DNA from: Mesotaenium endlicherianum
Taxonomy: Eukaryota
Reading direction: 5' to 3'
DNA length: 45,655 nt
Assembly: GCA_009602735.1 (NCBI GenBank)
Contig: WELA01001340.1
Location: 230,757 to 276,411, forward strand
The notes below the pieces were generated by a model. It was not told the DNA's origin, searched no databases, and worked only from the letters and a program-made list of their open reading frames with translations. This document shows, one piece after another, positions 35,545-45,655 of the stretch; within the stretch, counting starts at the first letter, position 1, and each line of letters opens with the position of its first letter. A program made the position numbers and the translations under genes.

Positions 35545-37689
35545 ATGGCAACTCTTGCGCTGACACCTCTATGCTACATATATGATGCTGGAGGAGTATC
35601 CTCATTGCTAAAGAGTAGCAGTGGCGTAACTCAGTCATCAGAAACATGTAGAGTCAAGCTGAGCTCAGGAAGGAAGAATAAACTTAGAAGTCTGAGAATA
35701 CGTGCTTCACAAGAGCAGACAGCAGGTGATTAATTCTCCCGACATTGAGCATTTGGAGCTCTCTACGACTCTTTGCTGGTCAAACTCTTCCGTAGGCTGA
35801 AGGTTATCACAGAGCAGCTACTTCATGCATGGCCTCACCATTTTTCAGTTGAAGACTACTGGTGGATTTAGTGGGCACGAATGATGAAAAACAATGAAGA
35901 GAAAGAAGGGGACCACTTGTTGCTGCCGTATAGTACTACGCAGCTTCGAATGTTGCGAAGCATGGACTATTGTGTTAACAAGTACATATATGTTTGTCTC
36001 ATTCAAGCGGCGTTATTTATTGGCTTAGCAATAAGCTTACTGCTGCCAAGGGTGAGCCATGTCTGTTGTTTGCAAGCTTACTATTATGAATTGCAATGCT
36101 TGAGCATGTCGCAGCCGTTGTGTTCCTTGCCTCGTCTGCTTGAATCTTATGACAAGCAGGTATAACATCTCTTTGAGGTCTTCTTTATATGTGCAACTGC
36201 ACGTATTCGCAAACTTGTTGATCTTCTTCCTATTTACATTCCTTGGTATCAGTTTGAAGGTATGTTAGCTCGTATATCTGTACTTCTTTCCTAATCTGCA
36301 AGGGCTGCTGGCTGTGATGTTGCAGCAACAGTTGAAGAAGTAGAGAAGCCAAAGCTAGTCGAGGGAGGCTGTCCCAGCTGCGGCAAACCTGAGATCGGCT
36401 TTGGCTGCAACGGGGAGGGCCGGATTCAGGTACTCATTCAATCACTGAACAGTTGACCTTCTCCATGGCTAACGAGAGTTCGAACTGGCAATTTTCATGC
36501 TCAGTATACAAACGAACTGCAATGTGTGATGTACTTTGGTGCAGACCGAGTGTACCATGGCTGTCAAATGTTCCACACACAAGAGAATGATACTGTAAGA
36601 TGGACGTGAAGCTTGATGTGGAAATGGACATGGTGATGCAGAGCCACTGGAAATTCCTGGCTTGGGGGTTATGAGAGGGGGGTCACGGCTTGGTGAATCT
36701 AGCATCAGCTGCTGCTGGTGTCTTGTGGACTCAATAGTAGAAGCCTCGTCTCTTTACCCTGTCTGTTGACACCAACTCATATCATCAATTCTAGCTATGA
36801 CAGCGAATGGTAACCCCCTAAGAAGACACTGAATGTGAAAGGAAATGGCATCTTCCTTAGCTTGCACAACATGGTGATTTGGTTGACGAATGCTGAACGA
36901 TGCACGGGTGTACAAAAGGTTAGGGTTTCTGTTGGTTGAGCTCTGTCTCCTACAGCCTGTTATTGAAGCTCAAACTTCAAGGACCATTTTCTTCTCTCTA
37001 AGAGCTGTACTTCAAGTAGGAGTATAGGTAGGATTAATGGTAGGAACAGGCTGAAGGTGCAGGTGTTGGGGCTAAGTATGTGCTGCTTGTTAGGGATGTC
37101 GAGTTTGTGACTGCACGCGCTGTCCAGGGATGTACAGAAGTAAGCCGCTCCCTGTGATAGGGGTATTGATGAGCACACCTCCCATTTTTGCAGCCATAGC
37201 AACCCTTCCTCGTTCTCAATGAGAGTGTGCGGTATTTTTTAGAGAGTGACAACCTCACAAACCGTAGTTTGCGGAGCAAAAAGTTGGCACCATGTACAGT
37301 ATCCGCTGCTATGCTTTGAGTGGCTGTTTTGTTTACAGCAGTCTTCCGTGTACTTGGACGGCTTAAAGTGCGACTGGCTTTCTGTGGGCCTCCCCATGCA
37401 TGTGTCTGTTTGTGTGCGTATGTAAGCCTGGGCGCCTATTTCTGCACTTACACTGCACTTACACTGGGACTCGTGGATTGGTTGGGCCGAACATTTGGTG
37501 CAGGGCGGAATAGGTGCAGTGCCCGGCTTCAGGTGGTGGCCAATCAAGGCCTACAGGCCTTGTCCTGCCTTCTTGGAGGCGGGGGGGAGGTATAGGAGGA
37601 CAGGCCAGAGCTTGGACGAGGTGGCCTTTGGCAAAAAGACCAAGGGCGACGATTTGGATATCTCTGAGAGATTAACGGGCAAGGAGTAG
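35545..37689 (+). CDS. Small conserved green-lineage protein of unknown function, probably plastid-targeted, with Cys motifs, about 156 aa
   Basis: Phase-consistent exons 35545-35725 (Ser-rich transit-peptide-like segment ending LRIRAS), 36326-36429 (GGCPSCGKPEIGFGCNGEGRIQ), 37504-37689 (GGIGAVPGFRWWPIKAYRPCPAFLEAGGRYRRTGQSLDEVAFG...*). The GCNGEGRIQGG...WWPIKAYRPCP motif is recalled from uncharacterised plant proteins. Confidence 0.88.
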
Positions 37690-39303
37690 AACAAGAAGTG
37701 TAGGGTAGGCATAGGGAATAGAGGCAGGCTAGGGTTCTCGTTGGACTTGCTGATGCATGTTTTCTTTAATGTGCTGGGAGCATATAGTTCGCAAGTTCTA
37801 CATAGGTGTGATTGATATTTACCGTGTAGCTAGTGTCAAAGGTTACTGGTGGACAAGATATAGGATGCTACTTGTGGAGTGGAGGCTGCCAAGCTGATAC
37901 TTGAATTTTTGTTGAAGCAATCAAAAGGGGAGCAGGATGGTTACGGTTATGCTGCATTTCATGGTTATGGTTCCAGCATGTAGCTTAAGCAGTCTCATTG
38001 AATATGTAAACTAGGGAGAATGCACTGGTGCATCTACAGGTGGTGTTGAATGCATGAGCACCTGAGTCGAGCCAAGTATCAATAGCGTGGCACATGGGCA
38101 CTTCAATGTTTCAGTTACTTGATGTTTTGTTTACTCTTTGAGGTTGAGTAAAGATTGTCGAGAAGCTTGTGTCTGTTCCCTGCACAAGCAATTTGTGCAG
38201 GCAGTGTTTGCAGTTTGCACATCAATATCTTCAACGTTGCAATCTCAAACGTGCAGTGTGGCATGTAGTGTAGTGGCCCGTTACATCAGAACTATAGTTA
38301 GTGAAATGTGATGCGCAAAAAGCACGTCAAACACCTATATGAAGAATCACTAAAAAAGAAGAGCAGCTAGATAACGAGACTCTCTCAAAGGTCTTTGAAA
38401 GAGGAATCTCCGTCGTGCTCCATGTATTTAGGCATAGCACGCCTATATTCTGGCGTGGGAGAATTGATCAATATCCTAATAATATTCAAGTGCACACTAT
38501 ATCTATGTTATCAGGCACATACTTTTCTGCAACCAACAAATTGATTAGTTGGAATCAGCCTTCGTCACTGCAGGTCCTTCTCCAAAAAAAAGTCATTGAG
38601 CATCTCGTTGAGTAGGTTGACCTGTAAGGGAGTTGCTCTTGTAATGGAGACTGTTCATACATGCACGCTAATTGAGTACGTGCCCTTTTATTATCTATAT
38701 GCATGTCCTCAATTGCGACAAGTTGGAGTGGCTGTAGTCGTCGCACGAGCTAAATCACTGTAATAGTTTGCGCTGTATAGCTGGTGCACACATAGCCTCA
38801 GCAAGATACCAAATCACTTAGGACACTGTTTTGTGGTGCAAGATCAGAAGCAATAACTCCAGACATTTTATCGCCACTTTCTCTCAAGGCTAGGCAGCGA
38901 AGAGATCCTGTGGTACCACGTGGAACTTTTAGAGTTCTGCTCTCAATAGCTAGCTCACTGCGCCATAGCTAGAAAATATGAGGAAGCAATATGTAAAAGT
39001 TTAAAAAGAGTGAGACGTTGAGGGCTAGAGTTTATTATAGTACTGAGTGATATTCATTGAGTAGGTAAGGACACACAAACATATAATTTCCTCGATATGA
39101 TCACAAAAGGTGTTACATAAGTACCCAAGCATCAAATTGAACTGATTCAGCACAGTGTCAAACGAATACCCTTCAACACTGGCCTTCATCCTGAGTACAT
39201 AAACCTTGTCATACAATGCTTGGTGATGTGCCACATGAAAATGACTACGCACTCTCAAGTTGCATACACAAAATTACGTTCAATTCCCATCAAAACAGTC
39301 GAT

Positions 39304-39360
39304 AGCCAGCTTGCAATAGTCCTTCACAAACTTGCGGTAGTATCCACTCAGCCCTAAAAC
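39304..39360 (-). mobile_element. Tiny Ty3/gypsy LTR-retrotransposon pol relic (RT thumb/connection region)
   Basis: Minus strand reads VLGLSGYYRKFVKDYCKLA, matching the gypsy consensus FLGLxGYYRKFVKDYAKIA; there is no flanking ORF. Confidence 0.7.
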
Positions 39361-39426
39361 TAATGATTAATCTAGGTAGCACAGACCACGCAAAGCGAAC
39401 CGTGCTCACACAAAGGCCGCGGACTG

Positions 39427-39526
39427 TGCTCATTACATCTATATTAGCATCTACCCAAGTTGCTCATTACCCAAGTTGCTCACTACCCAAGTTGCTCATT
39501 ACATCAATATTAGCACCTACTCAAGC
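39427..39526. repeat. Nested short direct repeats (tacccaagttgctca; gctcattacatc.atattagca.ctac)
   Basis: A 16-bp unit repeated about three times inside a longer imperfect duplication, next to the gypsy relic. Confidence 0.7.
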
Positions 39527-39733
39527 GGGGGTTAGATGTGAGGACAGCAAGGATTGCGTCGTTATTTCAACCGCATTGTTCTTTCCCCAATCCCGTTGCT
39601 ATTTCCCGATCCCGCCGTGCTCAAGCTCCACAGATAAGCAAGCGCGAGATAGGATGCCACCGGACCATTGGCCAACACGCAAAAGACGGCGCGGCCTTCA
39701 AAACAACGCTCAGAGCCGGAGTCAACATCAGAG

Positions 39734-42700
39734 TCAGACTCCGGCAGCAGCCAGAAGGTTGACCTTCATGGTGCTCGCAATTTCGCGCATGGTGGCTCTG
39801 GAGAAGAGCGGTGCCGCGTAGACAAGTGTCACGTGGAGGTCGCCGTCCTGGAGGGAAAGGAGGAAGGGGGGGGGAAGGNNNNNNNNNNNNNNNNNNNNNN
39901 NNNNNNNNNNNNNNNNNNNNNNNNNNNNNNNNNNNNNNNNNNNNNNNNNNNNNNNNNNNNNNNNNNNNNNNNNNNNNNNNNNNNNNNNNNNNNNNNNNNN
40001 NNNNNNNNNNNNNNNNNNNNNNNNNNNNNNNNNNNNNNNNNNNNNNNNNNNNNNNNNNNNNNNNNNNNNNNNNNNNNNNNNNNNNNNNNNNNNNNNNNNN
40101 NNNNNNNNNNNNNNNNNNNNNNNNNNNNNNNNNNNNNNNNNNNNNNNNNNNNNNNNNNNNNNNNNNNNNNNNNNNNNNNNNNNNNNNNNNNNNNNNNNNN
40201 NNNNNNNNNNNNNNNNNNNNNNNNNNNNNNNGGGGGGGGGGAGACCCAACCAAATGTCAACAATAATATTTTCACACTCAGTAAGTAAGCAAGGAGGCAA
40301 ATTGTTGGAGAGAAATTGTACAGGGTGACAGTGCCAAATTAAATTGGAAGAGGCCGTGATTACAACGTATCCAGGGTCTGAACATTTGGCCGATGCTTTC
40401 CTGAAGCCAAGAAACTTGGAAGTGCCGTCTACCTGAGGCACGAGCTTGCCCCACCACCTCAAGAGTGAACAGTCCATGATGCACAACGGCCGTCAGCACC
40501 TCTCTTTGTATTCGTCTGGATGAGCTTTTGGATAAGTTGAATGGACCCAGATCATACACCGGGGTTGGAATTTCTCAGGCCGGGGTGGGGTCCACCAAAG
40601 ATTGCATGCTCCGGTCTCAACTGAGTAGCTCCATGTTCCAGAGGCAGCACTGCGTGATCTTGATCCCAAGCCACCTGTCTAGCAGACAAATCAGCGCTAA
40701 GTACCGATGAAACCAGAAGGAGAAAACGCTGGATGACTAAGGCTGACAATCGACACGCACGAGACCTTACATCAAGGTCCAAGAAGTTGACTTCACACGC
40801 TTCACATGTCCCGAACAAGGAAGAGGAGGTCCAGCTCCAAGTGGGTCCAACGAGAGTTGCAAAGGCCTGCGGGCCCAGCGTCAAATGCCCCCCCAACCCC
40901 CCCCCCCTCCCCCCCCAATCCCACCACATCCGGGCCCACCCACCTGCAGGAGGTCCGGCAGCGCGATGCAGGGCCCCACGCCGTGGATGGAAGCCAGGGG
41001 GCCGAACGTCTCCCGGATGGCCAGCTGCCCCACGTCTTTCCAGGTGGCCTCCTGCGGCGCGTCTGTGAACCCCGAGAGGACGGACGTGCGCAGCGACGAC
41101 TCGGGCGTCAGGGACGGATGCTTCAGGGCCTGCAAGAGCGACAGGTGGCACCGCAAGGGCAAGTCAGTACTCCCACACTGGCTCACGGTGGGCTGTGAGC
41201 TGACCACTGACCAGAGATGGACTGCAGATGTGCTGAGCTGGACAGGCAGAGACACCGAGAGGAAAGGGAGCGCATAAGCACAGCGTGAATAGAGAGCACA
41301 GGAGGAGCACACACGCACACACGCACGCACACACGCACACGGGCATACATATGCACTACAGCAAAGACTTCGTGGGGTCATCATGTGGTCAACACTGCTG
41401 AGCAGACCACATGCCCAACAGGTGGCACAGGCAGAGCTCAAGACAAGAATAATGTCCATGGATTTTTCCGAATGAGAATCCTCCATATGGCCCTCCCCTA
41501 CCACCTGCACCTTGTCAAAATTAGTGCAGTAAGCCCCACCAATACCCTCAGTCTGCCAATCCCAGTAACAAAATTTAACAGGTGGGCTCTGACTCTCCGT
41601 CCCTGTAGGCTGTGCCGCCCTCGTTCCCCAGCCGCCACTCTTGCGCGAGAACGAGTGGAATGAGCATATTTGTGCGCGCATGTAAATCACGTCAAAAGAG
41701 AGCGAAGGTGCACATGCATATTGCTCTCGTCCACCCGTGCGCGTGCACCTGCACCCTCCGCGTGTGCGCATGCACCTGCACCCTCCGCGTGTGCGCATGC
41801 ACCTGCACCCTCCGTGTGTGCGCGTGCACCTGCACCCTNNNNNNNNNNNNNNNNNNNNNNNNNNNNNNNNNNNNNNNNNNNNNNNNNNNNNNNNNNNNNN
41901 NNNNNNNNNNNNNNNNNNNNNNNNNNNNNNNNNNNNNNNNNNNNNNNNNNNNNNNNNNNNNNNNNNNNNNNNNNNNNNNNNNNNNNNNNNNNNNNNNNNN
42001 NNNNNNNNNNNNNNNNNNNNNNNNNNNNNNNNGGGGGGGGGGAGACCCAACCAAATGTCAACAATAATATTTTCACACTCAGTAAGTAAGCAAGGAGGCA
42101 AATTGTTGGAGAGAAATTGTACAGGGTGACAGTGCCAAATTAAATTGGAAGAGGCCGTGATTACAACGTATCCAGGGTCTGAACATTTGGCCGATGCTTT
42201 CCTGAAGCCAAGAAACTTGGAAGTGCCGTCTACCTGAGGCACGAGCTTGCCCCACCACCTCAAGAGTGAACAGTCCATGATGCACAACGGCCGTCAGCAC
42301 CTCTCTTTGTATTCGTCTGGATGAGCTTTTGGATAAGTTGAATGGACCCAGATCATACACCGGGGTTGGAATTTCTCAGGCCGGGGTGGGGTCCACCAAA
42401 GATTGCATGCTCCGGTCTCAACTGAGTAGCTCCATGTTCCAGAGGCAGCACTGCGTGATCTTGATCCCAAGCCACCTGTCTAGCAGACAAATCAGCGCTA
42501 AGTACCGATGAAACCAGAAGGAGAAAACGCTGGATGACTAAGGCTGACAATCGACACGCACGAGACCTTACATCAAGGTCCAAGAAGTTGACTTCACACG
42601 CTTCACATGTCCCGAACAAGGAAGAGGAGGTCCAGCTCCAAGTGGGTCCAACGAGAGTTGCAAAGGCCTGCGGGCCCAGCGTCAAATGCCCCCCCAACCC

Positions 42701-44528
42701 CCCCCCCCTCCCCCCCCAATCCCACCACATCCGGGCCCACCCACCTGCAGGAGGTCCGGCAGCGCGATGCAGGGCCCCACGCCGTGGATGGAAGCCAGGG
42801 GGCCGAACGTCTCCCGGATGGCCAGCTGCCCCACGTCTTTCCAGGTGGCCTCCTGCGGCGCGTCTGTGAACCCCGAGAGGACGGACGTGCGCAGCGACGA
42901 CTCGGGCGTCAGGGACGGATGCTTCAGGGCCTGCAAGAGCGACAGGTGGCACCGCAAGGGCAAGTCAGTACTCCCACACTGGCTCACGGTGGGCTGTGAG
43001 CTGACCACTGACCAGAGATGGACTGCAGATGTGCTGAGCTGGACAGGCAGAGACACCGAGAGGAAAGGGAGCGCATAAGCACAGCGTGAATAGAGAGCAC
43101 AGGAGGAGCACACACGCACACACGCACGCACACACGCACACGGGCATACATATGCACTACAGCAAAGACTTCGTGGGGTCATCATGTGGTCAACACTGCT
43201 GAGCAGACCACATGCCCAACAGGTGGCACAGGCAGAGCTCAAGACAAGAATAATGTCCATGGATTTTTCCGAATGAGAATCCTCCATATGGCCCTCCCCT
43301 ACCACCTGCACCTTGTCAAAATTAGTGCAGTAAGCCCCACCAATACCCTCAGTCTGCCAATCCCAGTAACAAAATTTAACAGGTGGGCTCTGACTCTCCG
43401 TCCCTGTAGGCTGTGCCGCCCTCGTTCCCCAGCCGCCACTCTTGCGCGAGAACGAGTGGAATGAGCATATTTGTGCGCGCATGTAAATCACGTCAAAAGA
43501 GAGCGAAGGTGCACATGCATATTGCTCTCGTCCACCCGTGCGCGTGCACCTGCACCCTCCGCGTGTGCGCATGCACCTGCACCCTCCGCGTGTGCGCATG
43601 CACCTGCACCCTCCGTGTGTGCGCGTGCACCTGCACCCTGCGCGCAAACAGAGGAGCTCATGCGCGCGTGCGCGCGCGCGCGCGGGTGCATTTGCGCCGC
43701 AGGTGGCTTGCACCTGGCTGAAGAGCATGTTGAGGGTGGGGATCTCGGAGAAGTGGCGGCCCTTGGCAACGTCGGCGGCGGCGGCCGACGAGAGGCTCCT
43801 GGCCACGTCCCAGAAGGCCATGGTGGCGCTCACGCGCTCCGCCATGGGCAGGCCCGTGTCGTACAGCCCCACCGCCGATGGCGGCAGCGCCGGCTCCAGG
43901 TACTGCCGGCAGTCGATGATGCTGCACTCGCCACTCACCCGCACACACGCATGCACCCGCACGCGCACACATACGCACACGCACACGCATGCATTTGCGC
44001 ATGCACACGGACACGCAAAAGGAAAGTCTTGAGTTGTGGGGGGGGCCTTGAAGGGCTGAGGGTGAGGGAGAGGGGGGCAGGGCCGGGGCCTGAGGCCCGA
44101 GGCCCGGGGAAATGAGGGAGAAGTGGCGGGGGCCGGGGGGAGGGGGGAGGGGCGAGGAGAAAGGGGCGGGCAGTTGTAGAATTCTGTAGCAACACCGTGG
44201 CAAGTGGCCCCCACCGCGCTGGGACGAGCAGGCTAGTCTCTTTCTCTTCTGCTTACCTTGCGCACCTCAGGCAGTCGACTCCATATAACTCCAACCAAGA
44301 CTCGTAAACAACACCAGTCACTAACCGGAGTTCCAGCCCTGACCCTAGGCAACACTCCGCTATGCCCTGGTCTTCAAACTCACAGAAAACGGTTTGCGGG
44401 TCTCGTGCATCTGTCACAGTGCCGGGTGCCTGTTTGTGTCCCGGGTCTGGGCCTTTGCAAGGTGGGAAGTGTGTCAGCAACCGCAGCAGGTTGCCCTTGC
44501 GCTTGCGCTAGTGAAATAGCCTGCGCGC

Positions 44529-44561
<33 letters not shown>

Positions 44562-45430
44562 TGCGCGCGCATGCGATGTGGGTACCTGGTGACGCCAAAG
44601 TCCTCCTTCTTGTCCAGCAGCTGCTTGAAGGTGGCCACCGCCTTGAGAGCCGCCGCGCACTCGGCGCCAAAGAGAGTGGCGCTCTCGCGCGCACACGCGT
44701 CCAGCAGCTTCTCTGTGGCTGCAACCGCTCGCTCCGTCGCGTGCGCAACGTCAGTTTCTAGAGCGCGGGGGCCCTCGCTGGAGGCGAGGCCGAGGGCAAA
44801 GCTGAGGCCAAGGGCGAGGGCAAGGCCGAGAACTCTTGGCAGCTCTATCAGCATGAGCATTCTACGGTGTGACCCGCTCTTGACGAGTCACTACGTCACA
44901 AAGCACGCGACAGGTCTTAGCAGTTTCTTGGCAAGTCAACGCAACACAAACACGTCCCGGCCTGGCAAAATAACCTCTCGGCAAGTTTGTCCAGAGATCG
45001 TGTCTGGGATTGAAGGCTTGCTTCTCGGCAAGGCAGGAATGAATGCGCCAGCCACCCCACCCAGCGGTACGCGGCGTGTGCAGCGGAGAATTCACGGAGA
45101 ACGAGAGCGTCAGGCGATGCTGGACACATGCGGCAAACACGCACACACGCACACCCACTTGCACAGACCGGCCCGCACGGCCGCGCGCGTGCGCATGGGA
45201 TCACACACACGCACGCACCTTGGGGGCCGAGCGAGAAGGGCAGGAACTCGGTGCGGAAGGCGTTCTTCTTGTGGTCCGCGCAGCCCGGCTCAAAGGGCAG
45301 CAGCGCGCGCTTGGCGCCCGCCACGTAGCCCGCGGAGTCCACCAGCTTTGTCAGCAGCCCCTTGGCGCGGTACGACTTGGGCAGCAGCTCGTCCATGGGC
45401 GGCGGGAGCGCGGGCGGCGCCGCTTCGACG
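39734..45430 (-). CDS. Condensation-domain / CoA-dependent acyltransferase-fold protein similar to Arabidopsis At3g52610; 5'-partial
   Basis: Phase-consistent exons 45430-45219 (...MDELLPKSYRAKGLLTKLVDSAGY...FRTEFLPFSLGPQ), 44718-44586 (ATEKLLDACARESATLFGA...FGVT), 43921-43714 (SIIDCRQYLEPALP...GLY...FWDVAR...HFSEIPTLNMLFSQ), 42930-42745 (ALKHPSLTPESSLRTSVLSGF...ASIHGVGPCIALPDLLQ; identical copy at 41129-40944), 39847-39734 (DGDLHVTLVYAAPLFSRATM...*). The motifs DCR, LTPxSSLRT, ASIHGVGP and VYxxPLxSR match the family as recalled. Confidence 0.88.
40510..40581 (+). mobile_element. Possible highly decayed Ty3/gypsy RT relic in an intron (second copy at 42311-42382)
   Basis: Reads IRLDELLDKLNGPRSYTGVGISQA, resembling gypsy PRIDELLDxLxGAxxFSKLDLxxxY; the match is short and divergent. 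Confidence 0.3.
43537..43639. repeat. 27-bp minisatellite (cacctgcaccctccgcgtgtgcgcatg)n, about 4 copies; also at 41736-41838
   Basis: Directly visible; it marks the right end of the duplicated block. Confidence 0.85.
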
Positions 45431-45655
45431 CTGCCCACCCCCCGCGCGCGCACGCCGACACGCAACGCGTTACAGGTGGCACGTGACAAGCTATCACGAC
45501 ACGATGATGCGGAGATAGAGTCTCCGGACAATGACACTACTGGTGGTGATTTGAGACTGTTGCAGCATTGACGAGAGTGAACAGGACAAGGGCCTGGGGG
45601 CAGCACGAAGCAGGGCATGGATGTGACACAGCACCAAAGGGAGTGCTTGGGGGGG

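Larger units (their letters stand above)
1857..42031. other. Nine assembly gaps: 1857-2100, 6311-6337, 7600-7755, 11629-11675, 22654-23204, 23789-24155, 28542-28678, 39879-40231, 41839-42031
   Basis: N runs, almost all flanked by poly-G/poly-C or (AT)n; at least two coding exons are inferred to lie inside them. Confidence 0.98.
40232..43639. repeat. 1.6-kb apparently identical direct duplication (40232-41838 and 42032-43639) separated by an N gap
   Basis: Offset 1801; the ORF track gives identical translations for both copies; each copy begins with a poly-G run right after a gap. Confidence 0.95.

Noticed and set aside
42682..44214. 510-aa ORF as a single-exon gene
   Set aside because: It is read-through of two real exons plus stop-free intronic repeats.
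44256..44860. Extra exon at about 44256-44340, and a signal-peptide-like start MLMLIELPRVLGLALALGL at 44860
   Set aside because: The flanking exons already join in phase and align with the family without them; the LALALG stretch comes from an intronic hexamer repeat.

Overview
Eukaryotic, intron-rich, gapped draft genomic DNA from a green plant lineage. A streptophyte alga is inferred from the PIN intron pattern and the divergence from land-plant homologues; the species cannot be identified. Most of the ORF track is microsatellite or antisense noise, so genes were rebuilt exon by exon from GT-AG junctions and reading phase. Six spliced protein genes were found: (1) a guanylate-binding-protein-like GTPase (-, runs off the left edge); (2) a small conserved plant protein of unknown function (+); (3) a protein with an NBR1-type PB1 domain fused to an acidic linker and a very long His/Pro/Gly/Trp-rich tail (-); (4) a PIN-family auxin efflux carrier with a non-canonical loop (+), head-to-head with the PB1 gene; (5) a small, probably plastid-targeted Cys-motif protein (+); (6) an At3g52610-like condensation/acyltransferase-fold protein (-, 5' end off the right edge). 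Also present are an orphan GST N-terminal exon (probable pseudogene fragment), tiny Ty3/gypsy relics, several mini- and microsatellites, telomere-like repeats in introns, and a 1.6-kb identical duplication between assembly gaps that is probably an assembly artefact. No rRNA, tRNA or CRISPR was seen. Homology calls come from recalled family motifs, not from database searches.
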